Below are positions 38,205 through 46,678 of a DNA stretch of 64,000 nt, in pieces. The notes under the pieces are model-generated. The model had not been told where the DNA came from, did not search any database, and worked only from the letters and a program-made list of their open reading frames with translations. The position numbers and the translations under genes are program-made. The number at the start of each line of letters is the position of its first letter. Position 1 is the first letter of the stretch. The stretch covers positions 79 through 64,078 of the forward strand of contig DASRXC010000132.1 in NCBI GenBank assembly GCA_035654355.1. The letters are read 5' to 3'. Origin of the DNA: Candidatus Binatus sp. (GTDB lineage Bacteria; Vulcanimicrobiota; Vulcanimicrobiia; Eremiobacterales; Eremiobacteraceae).

Positions 38205-39808
38205 TCCCACGTGTTCCAATTGCTGGTCACCGCGGGCGCTGGCTTGAAGTTCTTGAAGTTGGGCGACGTCACGAAGATCGTGCGGTTGAACCAGATGAAT
38301 TGCGTGACCGACTCGGACGCAAGCAGCTTTTGGATGACAGAGTAGTACTTCTTGCGCGTAGCGCGGTCGTAGGTCGAGAGCGCTCCACGCTGCGCGGCGT
38401 CCATGCGCGGATCGCACCAGTACAGATTGTTCTGGCCCTTGGGCGGAATGCCATAACACGCGTAGACGAGCTCGTCATCGCTTGGGTCGACGCCCGCGCT
38501 CCACGAGAAGAGCGCGACATCGTACTTGCCGGCCTGCAGAATGCCGCCTTGTTGATAGCCGCCGAAGAACAGCTGCGTCGGGTAGTTCTTAACGGTCGCG
38601 TCGATGCCGACATCCTTCAAGTTGCGCTGCATGTACGTCTCGGCAAGCACACCGGTCGTTCCACCCGCGACGGTTGAAAGGGCGAACGAAAGGCGCTGTC
38701 CATCTTTCGCGCGCACGCCATCCGGCCCGACCTTCCAGCCGGCGTCGTCGAGGAGCTGTTTCGCCTTGGCCGGATCGTAGTCGAAGTGCATGACGTCCGG
38801 ATCGTACGCCCACGAGAACTTCGGTTGATCTGACCATCCAGCCGTATTGACGTCATGCGACACGTTGTGCAGAATGCCGCCGCGATCGATGGCGTAATTG
38901 ATCGCCTGGCGTACTTTGATATCGTCGAAGATCGGATTCTTCATGTTCAGGTCGACGTGCGCGAACACGTTTGACGGCTCGAGCTGGATGCGGAAGTCGG
39001 TCAGCTTCTGGAGCTCGGGATACAAGCTGGACGGCGCGCGGAACCATGCGTCGATCTCGTGCGTCTGCAACTGTGTGAGGATCGTGTTGTCGTCGGCGAT
39101 GATCTTATAGATGATGCGCTTGAGCTTCGGCGTGCCCCGCCAATACGTGGGATTAGCGTCCCATTCGATGTGATCGCCATGCACCCACTTCACGAACTTG
39201 AACGGCCCTGTGCCGATGGGATGCGTGTTGAACGGAACTTGGTTGATGTTCGGATACTTTTCGAGCAGGTGTGCCGGCATGACCGGGTAGTTGCCGCTCG
39301 GAACGAAAAACGTCGTGATCGCGGCGGGATAGATCTTGGCGAGGTGGACGACGAACGTATACGGATCGGGTTCAGCGACGTTCGCCACGCGATCCCAACC
39401 GGTCCGCACCTGCACGTTGTTCGCCGGATTCATGATCGCATGGAACGTGAACACGCAGTCGTGCGCGGTGAAGGGCGCGCCGTCTTGCCATTTGACGCCG
39501 TGGCGCAGGTGATACGTGATCGTCAAGCCGTCTTTGCTGATGCCGCCATTGTCGTATGTCGGCACCTCGGTCGCGAGCTCGGGGACGAGCCGCTCCTTGT
39601 CGTCGAGGTTGAAGAAAAAGCCGTACACGAACATGTCCATGTCCGTGCTGATCGCCTCAAGGCGGAGCAGCGGATTCAGTGACACGGGTTCGGAGATGTC
39701 GGCGTAGCGCAGCGTGCCCGGAACCGTGCCGTTATTCTCCGGCGCGTTCGTGCTTTGCGAAACTTTTGTGCACGCGCTCGCGGCCAACGCCGCGGCGAGC
39801 ACGATCAC
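38189..39808 (-). CDS. ABC-type solute-binding lipoprotein, family 5, copy 3 (start codon unresolved)
   Basis: The family-5 body is most similar to copy 2. Lipobox AASAC. Between the upstream stop (39832) and the lipobox, the only canonical start is GTG 39808, inside the hydrophobic core. ATA 39835 (overlapping the TAG) or ATC 39817 are non-canonical options. Confidence 0.8.
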   Translation of the reverse strand: MIVLAAALAASACTKVSQSTNAPENNGTVPGTLRYADISEPVSLNPLLRLEAISTDMDMFVYGFFFNLDDKERLVPELATEVPTYDNGGISKDGLTITYHLRHGVKWQDGAPFTAHDCVFTFHAIMNPANNVQVRTGWDRVANVAEPDPYTFVVHLAKIYPAAITTFFVPSGNYPVMPAHLLEKYPNINQVPFNTHPIGTGPFKFVKWVHGDHIEWDANPTYWRGTPKLKRIIYKIIADDNTILTQLQTHEIDAWFRAPSSLYPELQKLTDFRIQLEPSNVFAHVDLNMKNPIFDDIKVRQAINYAIDRGGILHNVSHDVNTAGWSDQPKFSWAYDPDVMHFDYDPAKAKQLLDDAGWKVGPDGVRAKDGQRLSFALSTVAGGTTGVLAETYMQRNLKDVGIDATVKNYPTQLFFGGYQQGGILQAGKYDVALFSWSAGVDPSDDELVYACYGIPPKGQNNLYWCDPRMDAAQRGALSTYDRATRKKYYSVIQKLLASESVTQFIWFNRTIFVTSPNFKNFKPAPAVTSNWNTWEWEMK

Positions 39809-39831
39809 GAGCGCGATTCGCTGGAGTGAGG

Positions 39832-40203
39832 CTATTGCGACGGCTGCGGCACGCTGACCGTGATCGTGCCTTTCATCGTCGGATCGGTCATGCTGTAGTA
39901 CGAGAACGTGCCTTGCATCGCGGCGACCCACCGCCACTTGCCGCCGTTGGGTGCGATCATCCCCGAGTCGAAGGCGCCGGGCGACGTCACCGAGTGCGGC
40001 TGCGTGTCGTTGTTGGTCCATGTGACTACCGTCCCTAGATTGACCGAGACGTTGCCCGGCTTGAACGAGTTGTCGCCGTGATCTCCCGTGATGGCGATGT
40101 CGACGACCGGCGAGTTGCTATGCTCTTGACAGGCTGTCAGAATACCAACAGAAACCAGCACGCAGGCAAGCAGCAGGCAAGCGCGGCGGAACGGCGGCTG
40201 CAT
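39832..40203 (-). CDS. cupredoxin-like lipoprotein lacking the Cys/His copper ligands
   Basis: Lipoprotein signal MQPPFRRACLLLACVLVSVGILTAC. Cupredoxin pattern FKPGNVSVNLGTVVTWTNNDTQPHSV...GTFSYYSMTDPTMKGTITV, where canonical Y-x-C-x-x-H-x(n)-M reads YYS-MTD-PTM. Confidence 0.8.
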   Translation of the reverse strand: MQPPFRRACLLLACVLVSVGILTACQEHSNSPVVDIAITGDHGDNSFKPGNVSVNLGTVVTWTNNDTQPHSVTSPGAFDSGMIAPNGGKWRWVAAMQGTFSYYSMTDPTMKGTITVSVPQPSQ

Positions 40204-40215
40204 GCACGTCTATTC

Positions 40216-41715
40216 TTATCTTCCGGCGATGGTGCCTTCAGCGAAGAACAGGTTCTGTTCGGCGGTGTACAGTCCGAAAAGCGCATTCACGTAATCGCCG
40301 CGCGCCTTGGTCAGACCCGTTTGTGCGTTCAGCAAGAGCACGAGCGTCGTGACGCCCGCCTTATACTGCGCGTTGGTGACGTCGAGCACGGTTTGCGCCT
40401 GATCGAGCTCTGCGCGCGCCGAGGTGACGGCGGCCAGCGCGGTTTGCGCCGAGAGGTAGGCTTGACGCACGTTGAGCGAGACGCCGAGCGCGGTCGAGTC
40501 GAGGTTCGCAGATGCGGTCTCAGTATTCGCCTCGGCCGCGGCGATCTGGCCGTTGATCAGACCTGAATCGTACAGCGGCATCGAGACGTTGGCGCCAAAT
40601 GAGTACGTGGCCACCCAGTTGCCGCCGTTGTTGACGATGTTGCCGGCCGAGTCGACCCCGCCGGTCGCAGATCCGATGGTCCCAAAACCGCTGATGATCG
40701 GATAGCGGCCGGCACGAGCGGCGCGGACGCCCCGCTCTGCCGACGTGAGCGCGGCTTGCGCCGACGCGAGATCGTACCGGTGCGTCTGCGCCGTCGCTTC
40801 CACGCTCGCGTATGCAGGCAGCGGCGGCGCCGTTTGCGCGAACGTGTCAGACAATTGCACGGGCGTATCCGACGGCAGACCCATCGCGTTGAGCAACGCT
40901 GCGATCTGCGATGACTCCCCATTGGCGGCTTGCGCTTCGGCAAGCTGCGCCTGCGCGACCGGCAGCTGCGCGGTCAGGACGTCGGCGTGAGAAGCGACGC
41001 CGGCGCGATACTGCGCCTCAACGAGCTGCTCTTGCACCTGCGCCAGTTTCGTGTTCGCGATCGCGACCTGATACGCGTAGCGTGCTTGCAACGCGGAATA
41101 GTACAACGATGCCACATTGAACAGCACGACGTCGACCTGACGAAGACTGCTCAATTCGGCGGCATCGCGGCTGAAGCGCGCTTGGCTCATGCGCGCATAC
41201 GTAGCGCCGCCGTCGAAAATAAGCTGCGTTACCTCGGCCTGGACCGAGTTCGAGGTGAAGATGTTCGGCGCGATTGCACCGACGGTCGCGCCGGTGCGCG
41301 ATTGGCCGCGATTGCGCTGGAACGTGCCGGAGCCGTTGATCTGCGGGAATGCCGCGCTGTTCGCGGTCTCAAGCTGTGCGCCCGCGAGATTGGCCGCGGC
41401 GCGAGCGAGCGCGAGCTGGGGTGACTGTTTGACCGCGATCATCTTCGCGTCTTGCAGCGACAACGGCACTGGCGAACTCGTGTATGGAATGCCGTAACGG
41501 CCCGATGTGTCGGGCGGATACGTCGTCAGATTCTGCGGGATGCCGAGCGTCATCGGCGTTGCGCTCGCGCCTGGCGCCGGGGTCGGCGATGAGGCCGCGC
41601 TCGGGGTCGGCATCGCCGCCGGCGAGGGCGTCGGTGTTGGATGAGCGGCGGCCAGCGCCGGACCCGCGCTCGCGAGCACGATGAGACCACAGAGAGAAGC
41701 GAACAGTCGGTTCAT
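40216..41715 (-). CDS. TolC-family outer-membrane efflux channel
   Basis: Start set at ATG 41715 (MNRLFASLCGLIVLASAGPALA signal, AAGGAAAGG upstream). After a Pro/Thr-rich stretch come two OEP repeats (LSLQDAKMIAVKQSPQLALARAA..., LQARYAYQVAIAN..., YKAGVTTLVLLLNAQT). Confidence 0.88.
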   Translation of the reverse strand: MNRLFASLCGLIVLASAGPALAAAHPTPTPSPAAMPTPSAASSPTPAPGASATPMTLGIPQNLTTYPPDTSGRYGIPYTSSPVPLSLQDAKMIAVKQSPQLALARAAANLAGAQLETANSAAFPQINGSGTFQRNRGQSRTGATVGAIAPNIFTSNSVQAEVTQLIFDGGATYARMSQARFSRDAAELSSLRQVDVVLFNVASLYYSALQARYAYQVAIANTKLAQVQEQLVEAQYRAGVASHADVLTAQLPVAQAQLAEAQAANGESSQIAALLNAMGLPSDTPVQLSDTFAQTAPPLPAYASVEATAQTHRYDLASAQAALTSAERGVRAARAGRYPIISGFGTIGSATGGVDSAGNIVNNGGNWVATYSFGANVSMPLYDSGLINGQIAAAEANTETASANLDSTALGVSLNVRQAYLSAQTALAAVTSARAELDQAQTVLDVTNAQYKAGVTTLVLLLNAQTGLTKARGDYVNALFGLYTAEQNLFFAEGTIAGR

Positions 41716-41800
41716 ACCCTTTCCTTGCACAAGCTCTACCTTATCTTATGTGCCCGCTCCCATGCTGACCCAAGGCCCTCACCGCCAGCGTACGTCTGGG

Positions 41801-43033
41801 TTACTGCGAGGTCCGCGAGGCCGAAGGCGCGGGGCCGCTTTGGGAGCCGGGACTGACGATGCTGACCACCGAGCCGTCTTGCAGCGAGTCCGGACGCTGG
41901 ACGATGACCTGGGCGCCGGGTTCGATGCCGCTGACCTCTATACGATCAGCGGTCTGCAATCCAGACTTGACCGGCATCGACTTGGCCTTGCCGTCGACGA
42001 CCACGTAGACGGCTTGGCCGGTCTCGGCCTGAAAGATCGCGCTGCGCGGCACGATCAGCACGTCGCGATGGGCCGCCTGCTGGACTGTCACATTCGCGAC
42101 CATGCCTGCACGCAACGCATAGTCACGGTTAGGCACGACCACGTGCGTCAAATAGCTCAGCGTTCCGGAGGACGCAGCCGCGTTGACCACGTCGACATTC
42201 GCATGCCACGCGCGACCGGGAAGCGTGTCGATGGTGATGGTCACCGGAGTGCCGCTGTTGACAAATGCGAGATCGTCATCAGGAATGCCGACATTGATCC
42301 ATGCCGGATCGAGTTGCGACACGGTGACGAGCGCCGTTCCTGGACTCGCGAGCGCGCCCTTGTCGACGTTGCGCGCGGTCACGATGCCGTCGAACGGCGC
42401 TGTGACGCTCGTCTGAGCGATCTGCGCGTTGATCGCGTCGAGCGCGGCTTGCGCGGTTTGGATGTCGGCCAGCGCGGAGCTTTTTCCGGATTGCAGGTTG
42501 GCGTTCTGCGCCGTGACCTGCGCGGCGCGATATAACGCGTCGGCTTGCGCGGCGGCGCTTTGCGCTTGATCGAGCGCCGTCTTCGAGACATAGCCTTGCT
42601 TGAACAACGCTTGATTGCGCGCGAGGTTGACGTCCGCGTTTTCCGCCGCGACCTTCGCCGACGTCAGATTCGCCTGCGCGGTCGACGAGCCGCCGACGTC
42701 GTTCGCTTTCACGCTCGCGAGTTTAGCCGCAGCCTGCGCTGCCTGCGCGCGCAGCGTGCTGTCATCGATTTTGACGAGCAGCTGCCCGGCGCGCACGCGC
42801 TGGCCGAGCGACACGTACACGTCGATGACATTTCCTGATGCGACCGATGAGAGCACCGCCTGCTGGCGCGGTGCGACGACGCCGGTGAGCGTGAAGGTCG
42901 CGGTGATGTCGCCGCGTTTGGCCGTCTCGACCGAGACGGGCAACGCATTCGATGACTTCGGCATCGGCTTCGCGCACGCCGCAAGGCTCAACGCGATCGC
43001 ACCCGCGGCGAGGATTGAAGTGAGCCGCCGCAT
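41801..43033 (-). CDS. efflux membrane-fusion (periplasmic adaptor, HlyD/RND-MFP family) protein
   Basis: MRRLTSILAAGAIALSLAAC anchor/lipobox, biotinyl-lipoyl-like hairpin (GNVIDVYVSLGQRVRAGQLLVKID), long coiled coil, then APFDGIVTARNVDKGA and a beta-barrel domain. Alternative starts are TTG 43048 (AAAGAGGA upstream) or ATG 43141. Confidence 0.87.
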   Translation of the reverse strand: MRRLTSILAAGAIALSLAACAKPMPKSSNALPVSVETAKRGDITATFTLTGVVAPRQQAVLSSVASGNVIDVYVSLGQRVRAGQLLVKIDDSTLRAQAAQAAAKLASVKANDVGGSSTAQANLTSAKVAAENADVNLARNQALFKQGYVSKTALDQAQSAAAQADALYRAAQVTAQNANLQSGKSSALADIQTAQAALDAINAQIAQTSVTAPFDGIVTARNVDKGALASPGTALVTVSQLDPAWINVGIPDDDLAFVNSGTPVTITIDTLPGRAWHANVDVVNAAASSGTLSYLTHVVVPNRDYALRAGMVANVTVQQAAHRDVLIVPRSAIFQAETGQAVYVVVDGKAKSMPVKSGLQTADRIEVSGIEPGAQVIVQRPDSLQDGSVVSIVSPGSQSGPAPSASRTSQ

Positions 43034-43133
43034 AGAGACGTAGTGCAAGAGATCCTCTTTCCCGACTGGGTCCCGGAGAATGCGGGGTCCCATGGGGGTT
43101 GCTACCGCGAGCGGCGCATCCGTGTTTCGCATT

Positions 43134-43604
43134 TTACGCATGGGCGCGGCTCCGTTCGGCTACTTGAAGTAAGACGTCGCGTAGGCTGGTCTGCAGCTCT
43201 TCAGGCAGCTCGGCGATGGCGGGTGGCGCCTGCTTGACCAGAGCGCGGTAGCGCTGGTGCAGCCGTGCTCCGGCCGGTGTGAGCACCAGCAGCCGCATTC
43301 TGCGATCGCTGGCGTTGCTGCGGCGGGTGACCAAGCCGCGCGCTTCGAGGCGGTCGACGATGCCGGTCACGCTCGACGCGTCGCAAGCCAGGGTCTGGGC
43401 CAAGGCGCTCATCGAGCACGTCTCGTCGTCGCCAAGCACGAACAGTGCGTGCGCCTGCTGTTTGGTGAGTTCGAGCGTCGCGGCCGCGCGCTCGAAATGA
43501 TGTCGCTGCGCTTGAAAAATCTCGATCATCAACTGCCACGCCTGCGCTGCGGCCGTCCGCGCCTCGCTCGAGCGCGTGCCGTTCGCGTGTCTCCCCGGGT
43601 CCAT
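43134..43604 (-). CDS. MarR-family transcriptional regulator
   Basis: Winged-helix core LTKQQAHALFVLGDDETCSMSALAQTLACDASSVTGIVDRLEARGLVTRRSNASDRRMRLLVLTPAG. Confidence 0.88.
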   Translation of the reverse strand: MDPGRHANGTRSSEARTAAAQAWQLMIEIFQAQRHHFERAAATLELTKQQAHALFVLGDDETCSMSALAQTLACDASSVTGIVDRLEARGLVTRRSNASDRRMRLLVLTPAGARLHQRYRALVKQAPPAIAELPEELQTSLRDVLLQVAERSRAHA

Positions 43605-43735
43605 AGGGCGCGCGGCTTCCGATGCCGCGAGCGCGAAACCTTTGAATCGCCGATATTCCTATTCCATGAAATGTTGCAAAAGGCGTCTCCGGCCCGCACG
43701 GTGGGAAGAACTCGGGTCGCATTGAATGACAGCGC

Positions 43736-44275
43736 ATGAACCCTGAGCTTCGTCTGAGGATTGGCTGGGTCGTCGTCGGACTGCTATTCTGCGGCGCGAT
43801 CGCGCTGTTCGCGATCGACGTCTCGCGCTGGAACAGGGGCGAAGGGGCGGTCTACGGCAAGGCGTCGGTCGGCCGCCCCGCGCCGGACGTATCCTTCCAA
43901 ACGCTCGGCGGCGGCCGCCTCTCGCTTACGACATTTGTGGGTCATCCGCTCGTGGTGAACTTCTTCGCGACGTGGTGCGTACCGTGTAAGGCTGAGCTGC
44001 CGCTTATGCAGTCCCGGTACGCGCAATATCGCTCGCGCGGTTTGGAAGTGCTGGGTGCGGACCAGCAGGAAGATGCACCGCAAGTGCGTGCTTTCGTGCG
44101 CGCGCACGGCGTGACGTATCCGACCGTGATCGATCAAGGCGACGCGATCGATGTGTACGGCGGCCACGCGATTCCGATGTCGCTCTTCATCGACAGCACG
44201 GGCGTGCTGCGCGCGGTGCACGTCGGCGAGATGTCAGCAGCGATGCTCGACGAGGATCTGCGCAAGATCCTCTAG
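43736..44275 (+). CDS. TlpA/ResA-like thiol-disulfide oxidoreductase (membrane-anchored thioredoxin fold)
   Basis: N-terminal TM helix, then VVNFFATWCVPCKAELP (CxxC) and the AhpC/TSA-like remainder. Confidence 0.87.
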   Translation: MNPELRLRIGWVVVGLLFCGAIALFAIDVSRWNRGEGAVYGKASVGRPAPDVSFQTLGGGRLSLTTFVGHPLVVNFFATWCVPCKAELPLMQSRYAQYRSRGLEVLGADQQEDAPQVRAFVRAHGVTYPTVIDQGDAIDVYGGHAIPMSLFIDSTGVLRAVHVGEMSAAMLDEDLRKIL

Positions 44276-44277
44276 CG

Positions 44278-45048
44278 TTACCCAGATCCGTTCTTGCGCG
44301 CTTTGGACTCGAGCCAGAGGCCGGCGGTTGCCGCATCGCGCACCTGCGCCTTTGCGACTGCGATATAGCGCGGACAGTTCGGACCATCAGGTTCGTGGCA
44401 GTAGCCGCGCACGCACGTCGCGCCTGCGTCCTTGAACAGCACCGGATCCTCGCGTTTGAGGATGCGCAACACTTGGAATGACATCTCGCGGATCTCCCAT
44501 TGCGCCATGTTGCACGTGCGCAACGTCAAGAACTCATACCACGCGCGCGCGTTGCCGGATACGACGAGCTGGCTCGCGGTCGCGTTGGGCAAGATGAAGC
44601 GCGCATCTTCGCCGGGGATGCCGGCGTCGAGCATCGCTTGGTACGCATCGGCGATCTCGTCCATGAGGCGATCGAATCGTGCGGATGCGTCAGGCAGCGA
44701 CGCGATCTTCTTCGGCTTGACAAATGGGAACTCGCGGTTCTTGAACGCGAGATAACGTTGGCTTTGCTGATCGAATTGCAGATGGCGATGGCGCACGAGC
44801 TGGTGCGTCGCGGCGCGCGAGAGACCGGTGACGCCGAACACGTAGATGTTATGTTCAAGCGTCGAGTGGTGGCCGGCAGAACGAACGCGATCGACTGTCC
44901 GCACCATGTCGTCAGGTTTGCTGTGCCAGCGTTGCACGATCGCTTCAGGCGCATTGGCTGAATAGCATGTGCGTGCAGCGGTGGCGGTCATCGCGGTCGG
45001 GGAGGGGGATTTCTCAAGCAACGTGACGTGGACAGTGACTTCGGGCAT
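44278..45048 (-). CDS. thyX: FAD-dependent thymidylate synthase ThyX
   Basis: Trimmed to ATG 45048 (MPEVTVHVTLLEK...). GHHSTLEH and the ThyX-motif region RHRHLQFDQQSQRY. 256 aa. Confidence 0.88.
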   Translation of the reverse strand: MPEVTVHVTLLEKSPSPTAMTATAARTCYSANAPEAIVQRWHSKPDDMVRTVDRVRSAGHHSTLEHNIYVFGVTGLSRAATHQLVRHRHLQFDQQSQRYLAFKNREFPFVKPKKIASLPDASARFDRLMDEIADAYQAMLDAGIPGEDARFILPNATASQLVVSGNARAWYEFLTLRTCNMAQWEIREMSFQVLRILKREDPVLFKDAGATCVRGYCHEPDGPNCPRYIAVAKAQVRDAATAGLWLESKARKNGSG

Positions 45049-45310
45049 AGTGGGACGCGTTTCGCGCTGCGGTGCATGCGGTCCGCCTGTGCGCGAAACG
45101 TCAATGATGAGACGAACGATTAACACAGCCTTTCGGAGCCCGGAGGGAAACGCCGCTTGGCTGGGCAACGCCGCCCGAGTGCATGGGGGGTAAAGTCGGC
45201 ATTTGCGCTTCTACCCGGGGCGAAGCCGGGACGTCGCAACAGCCGTGATTCAAGGACGGCGACGAGCGATCACCCCGACCATAGTGGATACCACTGTAGG
45301 AGGACACGAC

Positions 45311-46657
45311 TTGAAGAAGGTTTACACGAGCTTCGCGGTGGCGGCGCTGACGGTGGCCGGCCTGCTGATCGCGACAGCGCCCTCACTAGCCGGCGGCAGC
45401 GACCAATTCGCACCGCAGCTAGTGGCCGACATGGGGACGATGAACTTCGGATCCCCGCCGTCGGGCGAGATTCCTATCCTTTATAATGACCACCACGTGT
45501 ACGCCAACCCCAGCGAGCTGAAGAACAACCGCACGCTGGCGGCGCTCGTGAAGAACGGCGTCATCCTCGTGCCGCTGCGCAGCATGTTCGAGGCGATGGG
45601 CGCCACGGTCAGCTGGGATGCGGCCAGCAAAACCGCGACAGCCCAAAAACAGGGCGCGTCCGTCCAGGTGACGCTGGGCAAATCCCAAGCCGTGATCAAC
45701 GGCGAGTCGCGTCCGCTCGACGTGCCGCCTGAGATGTACAAGGGCAACATCGTCGTGCCGGTGCGCGTGATGTCAGAAGCGCTCGGCGCGTACGTGCAGT
45801 GGGTTCCGGACCGGCGCATCACCGTCGTGCGTTACATCCCGCCGACGCCTGTGCCGACACCGCCGCCCACACCACCGCCGACGCCAGTGCCGACGCCCGC
45901 GCCGACACCGACGCCGACGCCTGCGCCCGCAGCGCCGAGCTATCTCGGCTTCGCGGAAGGCGCGTATGTCTTCCATCGCATCTCGAACGAGTTCGCCGCA
46001 CAAGCGACGACGACGGGCAGCTATCAGTATGATGCTGCACTACTGTTCAACCCGTTCGCGATCGAAGCTGGCCTGCGCAGCGATCAGTACAACACCACCG
46101 TGAACGGCGTAGTGCCGGCGCTGCCGACGGTCTGCAACCCGTCGCTGGCGCCAAACCCGCAAGCGCCAGGCACGCCGGTGACGTTCTTCAACACCATCGA
46201 CGGTGGCCAGTGCTACGTGCCGCAGTTCAAGGCGCGGCAGACGCTGGGCTACGCGAAGGTGATGTACAAGATCTTCGATCCGCACTTCTACCTGGGCCTG
46301 AGCTGGATCGGTCAAGCGACGAACTACGGGTATCCGAAGCTCAACGGCTTCGGCGCCGGCTTATCGAAGCTGCCCGATCTGAACAATACGTTCACCGTGC
46401 ACGGATCGTACTATTACTACTGGAACGCGAACGGCCAGTACACAGTCAACGATCCGAACAGCACGCACTTCAACTTCGTCTACACGCAGAAGTATCAGGT
46501 CCAAGTGTACGACGTCGGTCTTGACTACGTGTTCAGCAAGCAGTTCCCGGTCTATCTCTACGCTGGTTGGGACGGCGACGTGATGGTCGCGAAAGCGAAC
46601 GCGCCGATCAACCAGACCCACTCCGGACCGTACGTCGGCCTCGGGTTTAAGTTCTAA
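45311..46657 (+). CDS. secreted stalk-domain (Cu amine oxidase N-terminal-like) / Pro-Thr linker / C-terminal beta-barrel protein, copy 1
   Basis: TTG 45311, 7 nt after GGAGG. Signal peptide LKKVYTSFAVAALTVAGLLIATAPSLA. The module ...NGVILVPLRSMFEAMGATVSWDA...AVINGESRPLDVPP...VPVRVMSEALGAYVQW. Linker IPPTPVPTPPPTPPPTPVPTPAPTPTPTPAP. Amphipathic strands ending GPYVGLGFKF. Confidence 0.85.
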   Translation: MKKVYTSFAVAALTVAGLLIATAPSLAGGSDQFAPQLVADMGTMNFGSPPSGEIPILYNDHHVYANPSELKNNRTLAALVKNGVILVPLRSMFEAMGATVSWDAASKTATAQKQGASVQVTLGKSQAVINGESRPLDVPPEMYKGNIVVPVRVMSEALGAYVQWVPDRRITVVRYIPPTPVPTPPPTPPPTPVPTPAPTPTPTPAPAAPSYLGFAEGAYVFHRISNEFAAQATTTGSYQYDAALLFNPFAIEAGLRSDQYNTTVNGVVPALPTVCNPSLAPNPQAPGTPVTFFNTIDGGQCYVPQFKARQTLGYAKVMYKIFDPHFYLGLSWIGQATNYGYPKLNGFGAGLSKLPDLNNTFTVHGSYYYYWNANGQYTVNDPNSTHFNFVYTQKYQVQVYDVGLDYVFSKQFPVYLYAGWDGDVMVAKANAPINQTHSGPYVGLGFKF

Positions 46658-46678
46658 GCATCCCAGAGTACAACGCGC

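Larger units (their letters stand above)
34855..39835 (-). repeat. tandem array of three paralogous family-5 solute-binding lipoprotein genes
   Basis: Three head-to-tail genes with collinear protein similarity (for example G.LRYADI.EP.S.NPLL, GG.SKDGLTITYH.RHG.KWQDG, PGYWRG.PKL, NWNTWEWEMK ends). The gene junctions are almost identical at the DNA level (see findings). Confidence 0.9.

Noticed and set aside
39836-40021. ATG 40021 as the start of binding-protein copy 3
   Set aside because: It would overlap half of the cupredoxin-like lipoprotein gene, which has a clean lipoprotein signal and fold pattern, and it adds a charged 60-aa leader before the lipobox signal. This leaves the start unresolved (see findings).
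41681-42535. 284-aa plus-strand ORF
   Set aside because: Antisense to the membrane-fusion adaptor gene. Arg/Asp-rich shadow frame.
45836-45940. Repetitive CCG-ACN-CCN DNA in the three paralogues (also near 47306 and 49019), considered as a tandem repeat, CRISPR-like array or contingency tract
   Set aside because: It is in frame and encodes the Pro/Thr linker. The units are imperfect 6-9 nt codon repeats without spacers, so it is a coding low-complexity region, not a repeat element.
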